A DNA stretch of 63,323 bases, counting the filler, from Squatina squatina (lineage: Eukaryota): assembly GCA_031763465.1 (NCBI GenBank). It is 4 parts of 3 records of this genome, joined end to end, with 100 filler letters (N's around TTAATTAATTAA, not from the genome) between each part and the next. Parts side by side here need not be neighbours in the genome. Positions count along the whole stretch, not along the records: positions 50,372 to 63,323 come from JARFOE010000219.1; 3 more parts are not named here. One strand, given 5' to 3'. The position numbers and the translations under genes were made by a program. Below the pieces are notes generated by a model, which was not told the origin of the DNA, did no database searches, and saw only the letters and a program-made list of their open reading frames with translations. This document shows positions 50,425 to 62,340 of the stretch, in pieces. Within the stretch, counting starts at the first letter, position 1; each line of letters opens with the position of its first letter.

Positions 50425-50485
50425 ATCCGGATGACTCTACCCAACACCTTCGACACGGTGATGTCTTGAGACTTGAGCACAAAGA
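50425..50485 (+). CDS. POMT2: POMT2 MIR-domain exon
   Basis: (D)[19 protein letters not shown](E), resembling POMT2 VRHGDIIRLEHKE; 61 nt with AG/GT ends. Confidence 0.88.
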
Positions 50486-50577
50486 GTAAGTCTTGGAAAT
50501 GGTGGGTTCTTCAGCTTTCCAGTAATAATAGTGAGGTTCATCCTGCAGGCTCATAACTTGTGTTTTTTGTTTGATAG

Positions 50578-50656
50578 AACATCTCGGAATATGCACAGTC
50601 ACCAGCATGAGGCACCACTAACAAAGAAGCACTTTCAGGTCACAGGATATGGAATT
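50578..50656 (+). CDS. POMT2: POMT2 next exon
   Basis: [26 protein letters not shown]; 79 nt; in phase after a 92-nt intron. Confidence 0.92.
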
Positions 50657-51139
50657 GTAAGGAACAATCAGGGACTTTGGCTTGGATTGAGCATCAGTTC
50701 TTGTACAAGTCGCGGCCTGTCTTTAAAAGGAAACACTGGGGATCTTGGATAATGGGCCCACCTGGGGCCACGAAATTGTGGTGGCGGAGCAGCAAGAGAT
50801 GCCATAGCTTTCAAGTATCTAAGACTAAGAGGACGAGGTATTTTGTGCAGAAAGCATTTGTGGGATGATTGGTTGAGGTATTTTCAGAGGCCTGTATGAA
50901 TACCCTGGCGGGGCGCTCAGGTTAAAAAAAAAGAGCATATCCATTGAACCTGTGGCATTTTCTCACTGAAGAGAAGGTTGAGAGCTGGTATGATTGCTGT
51001 GTTTAGGATCTAAAGGGATTAAATAATGTTGATCATGACGAGCTGTTTCATCTTGTCCAGAACAGAAGAACGACCTGCACTTGAAGGGGGGTAAATTCAA
51101 AAATAAAATAAAAATCAGACCATAACCTCTGCTCCTATT

Positions 51140-51412
51140 TTTTCACATGGCAGCTATTGATGATTCTGCCATTCCCATTTACACCCTATCGAGACTCATC
51201 CTTGTTTCTTTACTTGTCCCATTCCCGTCTCCTTTTGCCTCGCACCATCATCCCTTTTGTCTTTTAATCACTTTTGCCTTCCATCCCATCACACACCTTT
51301 CCTTCTGATCTTTCCTCCCCTCCCTGCTTTCCCCGCCCCTGCACTTGTTTAAAATCTCCAAATTTTTCCAGTTCTGACGAAAGGTCATTGACCTGAAACG
51401 ATGACTCTGTTT
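51140..51412 (+). mobile_element. Penelope-like/retrozyme-type repeat with a hammerhead motif (51370-51406)
   Basis: Pyrimidine-rich tract, then AGTT CTGACGA A AGGTC ATT GACCT GAAA CG AT GACT. Confidence 0.6.
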
Positions 51413-51513
51413 NNNNNNNNNNNNNNNNNNNNNNNNNNNNNNNNNNNNNNNNNNNNNNNNNNNNNNNNNNNNNNNNNNNNNNNNNNNNNNNNNNNNNNNN
51501 NNNNNNNNNNNNG

Positions 51514-52002
51514 TGCAGCAAAGTCATCCTGAGGCGGGACCACCATTGCTTCTTCACTGCAAACTGCATCGGGAACAGGAACATGCGTTACTTTCTGATG
51601 TTTGGATGGTACACCTCCATTGTCTGTCTCTACTCCCTGGTGGTTGGTGTAGCATACCTGAGCATGGAATACCATCTCTCCTTCGAGAATCCGCTCACCT
51701 TCCTCACCCTCCTCCCACTCTCCTTCTTCCACTTCTTCTTCAGTATGATCCCATCTTTCCAGCTGTTCCTCGTCCTGATGCTGTACATCTGGTTGGGGAT
51801 TGGACTCACCTGCGCTGGTTTCTGCTGCCAACAGATTCTCTTGGTGGCCCGAGGTCGCACATGGTACCATCTGAAGAAAGGGATGCCAGCGGTTCGTTGC
51901 ACTCCGTGGGGTGTCAATCTTCGGGACGTGTTCGGGAAACGTTGGTTATTGGGATTCTTCTTCCCGATTCCAACAGTACACTTCGAGACAAAGGACAAAT
52001 AG
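51514..52002 (+). CDS. ZDHHC22: Palmitoyltransferase ZDHHC22, partial (5' end in gap)
   Basis: CSKVILRRDHHCFFTANCIGNRNMRYF...PLTFLTLLP...LMLYIWLGIGLTCAGFCCQQ...VFGKRWLLG...KDK*. DHHC motif and ZDHHC22-like C-terminus; neighbour of POMT2. Confidence 0.92.
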   Translation, partial: CSKVILRRDHHCFFTANCIGNRNMRYFLMFGWYTSIVCLYSLVVGVAYLSMEYHLSFENPLTFLTLLPLSFFHFFFSMIPSFQLFLVLMLYIWLGIGLTCAGFCCQQILLVARGRTWYHLKKGMPAVRCTPWGVNLRDVFGKRWLLGFFFPIPTVHFETKDK

Positions 52003-52154
52003 AACTGAATCCCCGGTACTCCCCACGGTCATCAATCCAAAATACTGAATCCCCNNNNNNNNNNNNNNNNNNNNNNNNNNNNNNNNNNNNNNNNNNNNNN
52101 NNNNNNNNNNNNNNNNNNNNNNNNNNNNNNNNNNNNNNNNNNNNNNNNNNNNNN

Positions 52155-52303
<149 letters not shown>

Positions 52304-53246
52304 TTTAATAAAACTCGCTGAGACCAACTCATTGTCTCCATTCAATGAGACTGGGCCCTGCGTGCGTGTACGCACACCCTAATGATAAGTTGTTGTTTGT
52401 TCACTCATTGCATCTAATCCTAGGCTTCAGTCATTACTCAGTGACACAACATTGTGCCTCCAACCAGCAGAGCACCTTGTCCCTGATGAAGGACTGCTGA
52501 CTGACCCAAGGCGAGTGGTAGTGAGGTATGGGGCAGCTCCGCCCTAAGATCCCCAACTACCTCGATGTGAATGAAGAACCGTCAGCACACTTAGCCAGCT
52601 ACTTCACATTTATTGGAATAAATAATCAAATGATGGAGGCAAAACAAACCAGCAGCTATAATCTGGGTGTGAGAGAGGGAGGGGGGTCAAGCATACGGGC
52701 ATGTGGGAAGAGTCCCTAACAGCCATTGGCAAAGTTCAAAGGGCAAGCTCATGGTCAGCGTACTTCATTAACCATTCCGAGCTCGGTGCTAAATATCTGA
52801 ATGAACGCCACCACCCCATCCTCATGAATCCATCAAGCTGTGGCTGCACAGGCAGAGGTCACACTGGGGCTTTATCCATTTCACATCAGGACAGATGGAG
52901 AACCGAATGGAGACAGAAGCAAATGATGGTGGAGCACAGGTACAGATTACACGTCACCGCAGCCAATTAAACTCTTCCACCACTCTGCCGCACTTCACAC
53001 AAATTCCGCAGCTTCTGTAAATTTGGTTTACGATGAACCTAGAGATCAGAATTAAACAGAAAAATATAACATCTGTGTATAGAATAACAGATACCCCAAA
53101 GTGAGTTACAGGCTAAAATCAAATCATGTGGGGCAAAGAGCCTATGNNNNNNNNNNNNNNNNNNNNNNNNNNNNNNNNNNNNNNNNNNNNNNNNNNNNNN
53201 NNNNNNNNNNNNNNNNNNNNNNNNNNNNNNNNNNNNNNNNNNNNNN

Positions 53247-53700
53247 GACCTTTCAGGAGTTAAATTAGGAAACACTTCTGCACACAAAGGGCGGTAGAAG
53301 TTTGCAACTCTCTTCCACAAACAGCAATTGATGCTAGGTTAATTGTTAATTTGAAATGGGAGATTACTGGACATGTTTTGTTAAGTTTGTCAAACACGAT
53401 ATGCCTTTCACAAATCCATGCTGGCTTCCATTGATTAACCCACACTTTCCCAAATGCCAATGAATTTTGTCGCGGATCATTGTCTCTAAAAATGTCCCCA
53501 CCACCGTTAGGCTGACTGGCCTGTTGCCGGTTTATTCCTCTCCCCTTTTCAGAACAGGTGTGTAATGTTTGCAATCCTCCAGTCCTCTGACACCACCCCC
53601 ATATCTAAAGAGGATTGGAAGATTATAGCCAGAGCCTCCGTTATTTCCACCCTTACTTCCATCAGCAACCTAGGATGTATCCCATCTGGACCGGGTGACA
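53247..53700. mobile_element. CR1 LINE fragments in both orientations
   Basis: Minus strand SPGPDGIHPRLLMEVRVEITEALAIIFQSSLDMGVVSEDWRIANI is a CR1 pre-RT motif; a plus-strand C-terminal piece lies at 53247-53360. Confidence 0.8.
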
Positions 53701-54222
53701 TTGTGCTAAGTGGGTGGTGGGGATAAGGAGAAATCGGCATGGGTGAGGGCCGCGGAGCCTGGGACCGGCTTTTTCAGTATCGCGAAACTGTAAAGGGGCC
53801 GCGCCTTCAATAAAAAGATAAGAGGGAACATTGGTGAGGTCCTGGTTGGGTGGAGAGCAGAAGGATGAGCTGGGGGTTGAGGTAGGAGGACAAGGTGAGG
53901 AGTAATTAAGTGGAAATTATGCAGATTCCCTCAAATTTAGATTTATAAAAGACCATGAGTTCCTGCATGTCGAGTGCAAGATATGGAGGAGGGAGGGAGG
54001 AGTCAGTTTATAGTGAAGAGGTGTTTGGCTCTGTTCTCCAGGATGGCCTTGGGGAAAAGACAGTTGTACGGAGAGGATGATGGTCCAGCATAATCTGATG
54101 GTGACGGCCAGGCCAGTTGACTGCTAAGAGCTTTCAACAATACAGTCTGCAGAAACAAACCCGCAAGAGTCGGTAGTATGGGGGGAGGGGCGGAAGTCTC
54201 TATATTTTGTTAAAACACTCAC

Positions 54223-55515
54223 CAGTCTTAGTGAGGATATTAACTGCCATTGTGGTGAAGTCCTTTATGCAGGCGGCCTGTGTCTGAGCTTCTGGTGGAA
54301 CTTCATAGCTACTCAGTCCAGTCACGCTGTTAACATACACCATCAAGCATTGATTCAGTGTGAACACAAACAGGGTCTGACTCCTTCCACATGGCCACAG
54401 AATCTTCCGTAGAGGGGTTCAAGTTCCCATCGCTTACTCTGGCACTTTGAGATTGGTCCTCGTCCCCAACATCGAGCTCAGACTGAGGAAGAGTTCCATT
54501 TCCTGTCCTTTCATTGGTGGCAGTGCAACACAAGTTATCTGAACAAGTCCCCCTGTTAACCGTACCATGGACACTTTCTACTGCTGCAACTCTGCTGCTT
54601 GCCTGCCATTCCTCTCCCGCCACCTTCTCCCCAAGGGCACAGTGTTCAGAGATCACCCGAGTTGCCGAGCACACTGGCTCCGGAGATGTACACTTCACAG
54701 ACTCCTCTTCAGGCTGCAGGAACCCCTTGGGACTCTGGTGAAGTTGGCATGGATCTGCAGAACTCCGCGCTTTGGACCACCCATTCTTCTCTTCAGTAGG
54801 CTGTCCTTTTTTAATGTCCTTTAATCTGGACAACTTTGCAGCGAGGGTTCTCGGAGGCTCCTTGGCAAATGGAAAGGTTTTCTTGTCTTGTGAATAACCA
54901 GACCAGACAGTCAGACTGGCCCGTGCTTTGGCCACACGACCAGCTGCCAAGCAGCTTCCATCAGAACAAAAACTCCTTAAAAACCCAGCACATTCACATT
55001 GGTCACGTCGTAAACTCTCATTTTGATTTGCAGAAACAGCGTATTCTGTGCCTGGGCTCTGGTACGGACTCTCTGCTCCCTTAGTTGCTGTCACACGATC
55101 CACTGATGGTCTCATGACTGGATCACCAGTATTGTGCCGAATGGTCTCAGTGCCTTGAAAGGCAACTCCTCCGTCCTGCTCATCACTGCTCTTCCCATAG
55201 TTTCTCCGAAATGCATCCAGCGAACCAGTTATTAGAGACATGCTCAGTTTCCTGTGAAATCTAGCCTGACAACAGACAGGTTCACAATTGGCAGGATTAT
55301 TGTACTCAGAATCGGCGAGACCTTTTAGTAAATTAAACTTCCCGGATGTTGCCACGGATTCAGCAGAGCTCCCAGAATGATTGTGGTGCTGACAGGTACC
55401 CTGAATTCCCCGACAGCCAGTCACTGACCCTCGAGGAAGAGCACTCCCGCATTCCCTGGCTACATTTGAGAGTGCTCTATCACCAGACACGAGCTGTCCA
55501 TCTCTTTTCCTTGTT
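54223..55515 (-). CDS. MLH3: MLH3 large exon, 3' part, with an apparent frameshift near 54333-54418
   Basis: Frame A: RKLSMSLITGSLDAFRRNYGK and TLAAKLSRLK. Frame B: MVYVNSVTGLSSYEVPPEAQTQAACIKDFTTMAVNILTKT(G) ending at phase-1 donor |GTGAGT. Both match MLH3, which lies tail-to-tail with EIF2B2 in other vertebrates. Confidence 0.85.
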
Positions 55516-57714
55516 NNNNNNNNNNNNNNNNNNNNNNNNNNNNNNNNNNNNNNNNNNNNNNNNNNNNNNNNNNNNNNNNNNNNNNNNNNNNNNNNNNNNN
55601 NNNNNNNNNNNNNNNAGAGAAGTAAGACAGCAGCGTGGTATCAAAGGACAATAAGCTTCAGTCATCAGAGAATGAGGAAGAACGTACTGAGGATAGGTAA
55701 TTTCTTCGCTAGTTTCTCCTTCGGACAATAACAGTCCACGATTGCAAGAATGAGACATGAGATATCTGGGCACAAAGGCTGGGGGCTTTTCAAACAAACC
55801 ACAGATACAACGCTGTGTGATTGTTGATTCGATGTACACTATTGTGCCAAGGTAGTGAAAGATGTGCACGCACTAGTGCAATGATAGTTGTTACTCTGCC
55901 TCTGTAATGACACTAATATGCTTTGAAGAATAATGGAAAAAGAATGTTTTGTGTAAAAATCACAATGTCAAAACTAGCACATTAAGTGCACTTGCATATT
56001 ATGTGTACTTGGACTTCAGGTTGATTTTTAATGTAAAACAGTGCACGGTATGTGTAAAATGCAGTGCAACTGTGTTCCTTTGACTGTTGTAATGCTCAAT
56101 GGCGGGGATTAACACAGGAACGTACAGACAGATAGAAGATAACTACTTGATCGATTCACAAGAGACCATGTCTCCTAGGCAGGGATATTTACATCGGCAA
56201 GATGGATTAAGTGAGCAAGCACATTACAAAACTTTGGTTCACATCACACTAAATGCCCGCTGATTCAAGGACATACTACGCGTGAATTGTGACACGTAAT
56301 GATACAAGGCCTAAGGTAGATACTTGCAGCACACAGATATGGGACATTCCACTATATAGTGCATCATTCATTCTTCAGAAGGGATTGAGAGCTACACCAA
56401 CAATGTCTGACTGGAAAATGTAAGCTCCTCACACTTTCTTGGTATTGCTTCACAGTGCTGGTTACTGTGGAAGTTAGAGCAGGTGACTCAAACCCAAAGT
56501 CAACCATTAAGGAAAAGGTGATTCTAATTCCTACCTCCGATGACAACAAGCGAAGAGGGAAGATGTATGAGGAAATCGTGGCAGCTGTAGAACCGTAATC
56601 GAGAAGGTGATTTGCTCCTATGCTCTGTAATACACACGCTACACGTCATTAGACATTAATGATCAAACATCAATTGACAGTTAGTGCTGCTGCTCTACAC
56701 GAGGAGCTACAGGCCTACACAAGCCATGCACTAGATCACATCCAATCCCAGACTACCTACAGAAGCAACCACCACCAACAACCTTTCGCAGCATCGCCGG
56801 TTGCCATTGTATTCACCATGCGATTCATGTCAACTCCGGAAACTAGGATTACTTAGGGCACACGGCAGACCATAACTACAGGAAGGTTCTGATTCTTGTG
56901 ACTCGACACTGCCCAGTGCTGATCACCCCACCCAGATGCTAGTTTGCTGACCCAGCAGAAACAAACAAAAATATTTAAATGATAAACACATTTAAAGTTC
57001 TGTTAAAATCTCTTACAGAAACAGTCCACAAGGCCCATCAGGCTCAAGGCGCTGGCTTTAGAGTTATTGCAGTGCTGTGATGTCATAAGTGATGATGTGG
57101 GCGTGCACCACCCAAAATGGCCGCCCGTCCAAAATTGCACAGTGTCAGTGTGCACTAAATCCAGCGCTGACAACGCCTGCTTTTTTCAGCAGGGACACGG
57201 GCCTCAGCTCAGATAGCCCAGCGCAAGTGAGAGAAGTCAGATTGTGTTCCATTGTATTTCTCTGTGAATCGCCCCTACTGGGGAGGGACGGAGGGAGGGA
57301 GGGAGGAAGGAAGGAAGGAGCTGTGTGAGCCGGGCCCGGGTAGTGAACAGCGGGGCTGAGTGAACTAAACAGGGGCCATGTGAAGTGAGCAGGGGCTGTA
57401 TGAGCTCTTCTGTTTCAACTGTGAACTGAGTTAACTGAGCAGTCAGCAGGACTATATATGGGGCACATGCAGCTGGAAGCTATTAAGTGGCCTATAAAGA
57501 AGTAGGAAGCACTTAAGTCAACTGAACTATTAAGTGGCCTGTCAGGTTGCAAGCAAACTCTGGAATTCAGGTTGGAAGCAANNNNNNNNNNNNNNNNNNN
57601 NNNNNNNNNNNNNNNNNNNNNNNNNNNNNNNNNNNNNNNNNNNNNNNNNNNNNNNNNNNNNNNNNNNNNNNNNNNNNNNNNGCAAAATCTTTCTTAATGA
57701 ATAGACAGAACGCA

Positions 57715-58430
57715 TAATTAGAATCATAGAATCATCGAGCACAGAAGAGGGCTATTAGGCCCATCATGTCTGTGTCAGCTCTGTTGTCGAGCAACGCAAT
57801 TAGTCCCACTCCCCTGCTCCCCATAGCCCTGCAAATGTTTTCCCTTCAGGTATTTATCCACTTCTCTTTTGAAACTTCCTATTAAATCAGCTTCCATCAC
57901 CCTTTCAGGCAGTGCATTTCAGATCACAACAACTCACTGTATAAAAAACAATTTCCTCATGTCACCTCTGGTTTTTTTGCCAATCACTGTAAATCTCTGT
58001 CCTCTGGTTACCGATCCATCTGCCACTGGAAACAGTTTCTCCTTATTTACTCTATCAAAACCATTTGAATACCTCTGTCAAATAACCTTTTAACCTTCTC
58101 TACTCTAAGAAGAACACCCCAGCTTCTGCAGTCTCTTTACATAACTGAAGTCCTTCATCCCTGGTACCATTCCAGTAAATCTCTTCTGCACCCTCTTCAA
58201 GGTCTTGACATCCTTCCTAATAAGTGTGGTGCCCTGAATTAAATACAATTCTCCAGCTAAGCCCTAACTAATGTTTATAAACGTTCAGCAAAACGTCCTT
58301 GCTTTTGTACTCTATTCCTCTGTTAATAAAGCCAAGGATCCCATAGGCTTTTTTTAACAGCCTTCTCAACTTGCCCTGCCCCCTTTAAAGACTTGTGTAG
58401 GTACACCCTCCAGGTCTCTCTGTTCTAACT
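57715..58430 (-). mobile_element. CR1 LINE 3' region
   Basis: tagaatcatagaatcat tail followed by reverse-strand CR1 C-terminal coding sequence. Confidence 0.8.
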
Positions 58431-58475
58431 GTATTAATTTACAATCCAACAGGGTAAAGAAATGCTGATACTTAC

Positions 58476-58586
58476 CCCAGTGTTCCAGCAGTCAGGAAGA
58501 CCACCCACAGGTGACCCAAGCTAAGTGTGAACGTGAAGACTACCATCCCTGCGAAGGTAAAGAAGTAAACGGCCATTGTGGTCTGT
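58476..58586 (-). CDS. FLVCR2: FLVCR2 internal exon (MFS transporter)
   Basis: [36 protein letters not shown](G); LGHLWVVF is FLVCR2-type; 111 nt with AG/GT ends. Confidence 0.9.
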
Positions 58587-61500
58587 CTGAGAAAAAGGGA
58601 GAAAGACAAAGAGTGTCAGAGGATCGCTGTTGTGTCGGCTAGCCATATTTAACAATGGGCTTCAACCAGTGAGCTTCTGCAATTTTCCACAGGTAAAAGC
58701 TATCATTGATGGTTACTCGCCCACCCACTCCCACTGGGTTTGTTAACGAGTTTCTGCTTTGGATTATCTTTATCGGCAGGGCTGCTGTAAAACTCCCATT
58801 TCTGGCAGCAGCAGCACCACAGGTGCACTGGGGATGAAGTGGCCTTGATCGGCTTCATCAAATGCACAGTTAGCTTTACTGATCTCAAAGATGAACTGCA
58901 ACGGAGTTTCCTCATCTTCGCCTTCTGAAAATGTCCATCAGTGATAGGAGTTACCCCTGGAGCTGCCTGCCCCTTTTAAAGGAGGCTGCCACATACAGGT
59001 TTATTTCATCAGCAATATTATCATCAAGTGAATAAACATTAAAGCAGACATCCTAAGTTGGCATTTGCCACACAAACCTTCCTAAACCACACACAACAGT
59101 TAAAAGAAGCACATTCTTCTGGCACAGTCAGTCCAGCACACAAAACTCTGCTTCTGTCCACACTGACTTCATGCAGCCAACAGCTCATGGTTATGCAGGG
59201 CAGGAAATGTTTGTGTTTAATATCTGGGGCAGCCCTTTCAAACAGAGGTCGAGATCCTCACACTCAGCTTTTTGAAGGAAAACCCTGATCAAGTTATTGG
59301 CAGCAGCAGCATTGCTTTGTTACATTAAAACATTAGGTGGCCTGGCGGTGTACCAACGTGCTGTTCCGCGGAGTAGTAGGATGCAGATTCGTGCACTGCG
59401 ATTCTTCACACGCTGAATTCCTGACCTCAGCTGGACCACGAAAGGCAAGGGCACCGAATAGAGAAGAGGGAAAATCGGAGGAAGTCAACTCCGGCCGCTC
59501 TTGTGGTCCTTCTAGCACCCAGTTACAAAGTGGATGGAACTGTTCTAACAAGAAAGAATAATCTAGGTTACACTGAGTCCCAGGGATGGGACTGCTACCA
59601 CAGCAATTAACCACAAGAAGCATCGCAGGGGCCTAGGTGGAGGTGGCCTACCTGCTCACCCTCTCTCAGCCAAAGAGTGGAGCTGGGGAGGGGAAGAAAA
59701 GGAGGCCTAAGAAAGGAAAGATAAGCAAACCAAAATCAAAGCTGTTGGGAGAGCGAGCGAGCAGTCATTCCCCACCACAGCAAGCAGTCAGTGGGTGTTT
59801 CACAGCGCCCACACTGAGTCATCATCCCACAACAGAGCGACCACGTGGTCAACCCTGCTGTACTCAGCACCTTCCCGAGCAAGGAAGTGAATATCAGTCT
59901 TCATTGCTGTTCCCCCCCCCCCCCACACTACNNNNNNNNNNNNNNNNNNNNNNNNNNNNNNNNNNNNNNNNNNNNNNNNNNNNNNNNNNNNNNNNNNNNN
60001 NNNNNNNNNNNNNNNNNNNNNNNNNNNNNNNTGGGTTCTGCTTTTCAATTTAGAACCGAACTGCTCATAATCCCTCAGCAGAACCTCTTAGTCCTACCAT
60101 GTTCTTGTTTAATCACAGAAATTATTGGAACTTCTAGCTTATAGCTTATAACATCATCAGAATTACAGTTTTGTAACTCACTACCAACACAATCTATTAA
60201 AGGTACAATGTTACCTTAAACTGTTATTTTGTTTAAGTTTGAATACTAGTTATCACCACTGAATAAGAAGCAGATCACTGTAAGATATTTGAGAAAAACT
60301 TCAAACTTTTCAATAAAAATGTCTTTTCAGCACGTAACACTGGCCACAATGTTCTACGACGCTACAGCAATTGTTCCCCCCACCCCCGACATTACAGCGA
60401 GTGTTCAGCCAACCCCCACCAGATCGAGCAAGTGGTCAGTCAAGCTGTGTTCAGCAACATCCAGAGCGCACCCTGTTTGCATCAGTCACAACTGGTTTCA
60501 CACAGATGCCACTGAACAACTGTGCTGCCAGTCCTGTTAAACGGAGGATGCACACAATACTCAGAAAAGCTAAGCATTAGTGACACATACAGAAACATAT
60601 ACAGACACACAATTGTGCAAGAGGTTTCTGGAGCAATGGGTATCAAACACGATGTACATTTTATTACCATCTTTAATGGTGTGTTGAAACCTCCACAAAG
60701 GAAAAATTCAATTTGTTTCACACACAGTGTTACAGTATGTAGAGTATCCATTCAAGTGAGACATTCCCGTCAAAACTGACCAAATAAGTGAGGCTGTCAA
60801 AGCAGCGCATCTTAAATGGTGGGCATGTACATTTAAAACGNNNNNNNNNNNNNNNNNNNNNNNNNNNNNNNNNNNNNNNNNNNNNNNNNNNNNNNNNNNN
60901 NNNNNNNNNNNNNNNNNNNNNNNNNNNNNNNNNNNNNNNNGGAATAGATTCCTTCCCAAGGCCAGCAAAGAGACAAAACAGTGGTGGAAACAAAATGCAC
61001 ACAATACAGATCAGCAGTGTAAAACCTTCCATTTCAAACTCCTTCATATTAAAAATCTAACCTTCGAGGTGTTGACACTAACTGTACATCAGTCAGAGCA
61101 AACTGCATAAAACCCCCTGTGCACAAAGACAGCTCTGACAAAATTTCCTTAGACACATACAGATTGCATTGTTTGGATGTAGATTCTAAACAGGGTTCTC
61201 AATAACTCCAGCTTTCACTCTTACTATCAGTGCACTCAGCCACTTCACATCCAAACAGACTGAACCAGTGCCTTAATCTAAACACTTCTTCCACGTCCAG
61301 GATAGACAGACACACATTGGGGTTGCTACTTGGCTGGCGTTCATTAGTCCAGACAGGTTTTTCAGATCTCCAAAGGTTGCCAATTTTAAACATGAAAAAA
61401 GTAGTTAAAAAAAATATATACTGCACATTTAAAGGCACACAGTTATTAAAAAGTTATAGTATTGTTAGTTACAATAGTCAACTGCTAACAATTTCAAAGT

Positions 61501-62236
61501 GCCAACCAGGCAGCTAAAAATCAGTTGGTAACTCTAACACACTCAAAAAATTATAATCTGTGCCCAGCAAGAAATACCCGAGACAGGTGTGTAGTACAGA
61601 GATTGCAAAACAACCCAGGTAACATCAACTCAGGTAGCCTGTAATGCTGTACTGGGAGAGAAGCCAATCTAAGAATATTAAACATACAAAGATTGCTACA
61701 ACTGTGTTTAAATTAAAGCCTCATTGATCTCATGCATTTTCCTCCTTGTATTGGGTTCTTTGCACCACCCTGAGCGAGACACAGGGCCTGTCCAAGGGTG
61801 TTTACAAATAACCTGTCCCTTGGGGAAGTACTTCACCATCATTCAACAGACAACTCTGGGCACGAACGCTCATCACACACAAGGAATCTTGGACACAAAA
61901 CTGGGTTACTCTGTTGGCAGTACAGCGATATCCCTCCACAGCAACAGCCATCCTTTCATTATACTACAGGCTCATTATACCTCTAGTCAGAGTATTCTGT
62001 GCTCACTGATTTAGGACGCTTGGTTTTGCCAGGACGTTTTCCCCACTAACAAGCAAATGTAACTGAATCATTATGGATTCATTGTCCCACCACGTATCTT
62101 GTGATCTCGGATGGATAGTCACATGCCCCTTTCTTTCTCCTCTCCAAAGCTGAGTGCTGATCAGAACGTAGATAACTATTTCTGGGAAAGGGAAACTAGC
62201 TCCCAATTTTGGGAGCTGATTGGAGTTAACTCTTAC

Positions 62237-62340
62237 TTGTACGTTTGGGTTTTGTCCAACCAGATTCCACAGATAATGGATCCAACCATTCCAGAGACCA
62301 CGATAGTGAGCCCAATCCTCCCAGCATTCAATTCTTCGCC
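62237..62340 (-). CDS. FLVCR2: FLVCR2 preceding exon
   Basis: [34 protein letters not shown](K); 104 nt; phase matches the exon at 58476-58586. Confidence 0.9.

Noticed and set aside
51385-51870. Glu-rich 161-aa minus-strand ORF
   Set aside because: Antisense shadow of the Phe/Leu-rich ZDHHC22 transmembrane coding sequence.
52483-52515. CTGATGAAGG as another hammerhead
   Set aside because: No convincing stem II or GAAA; it lies in the EIF2B2 3' region.
55616-55869. ORF fragment as an MLH3 or FLVCR2 exon
   Set aside because: No recognisable similarity on either strand; left unassigned.
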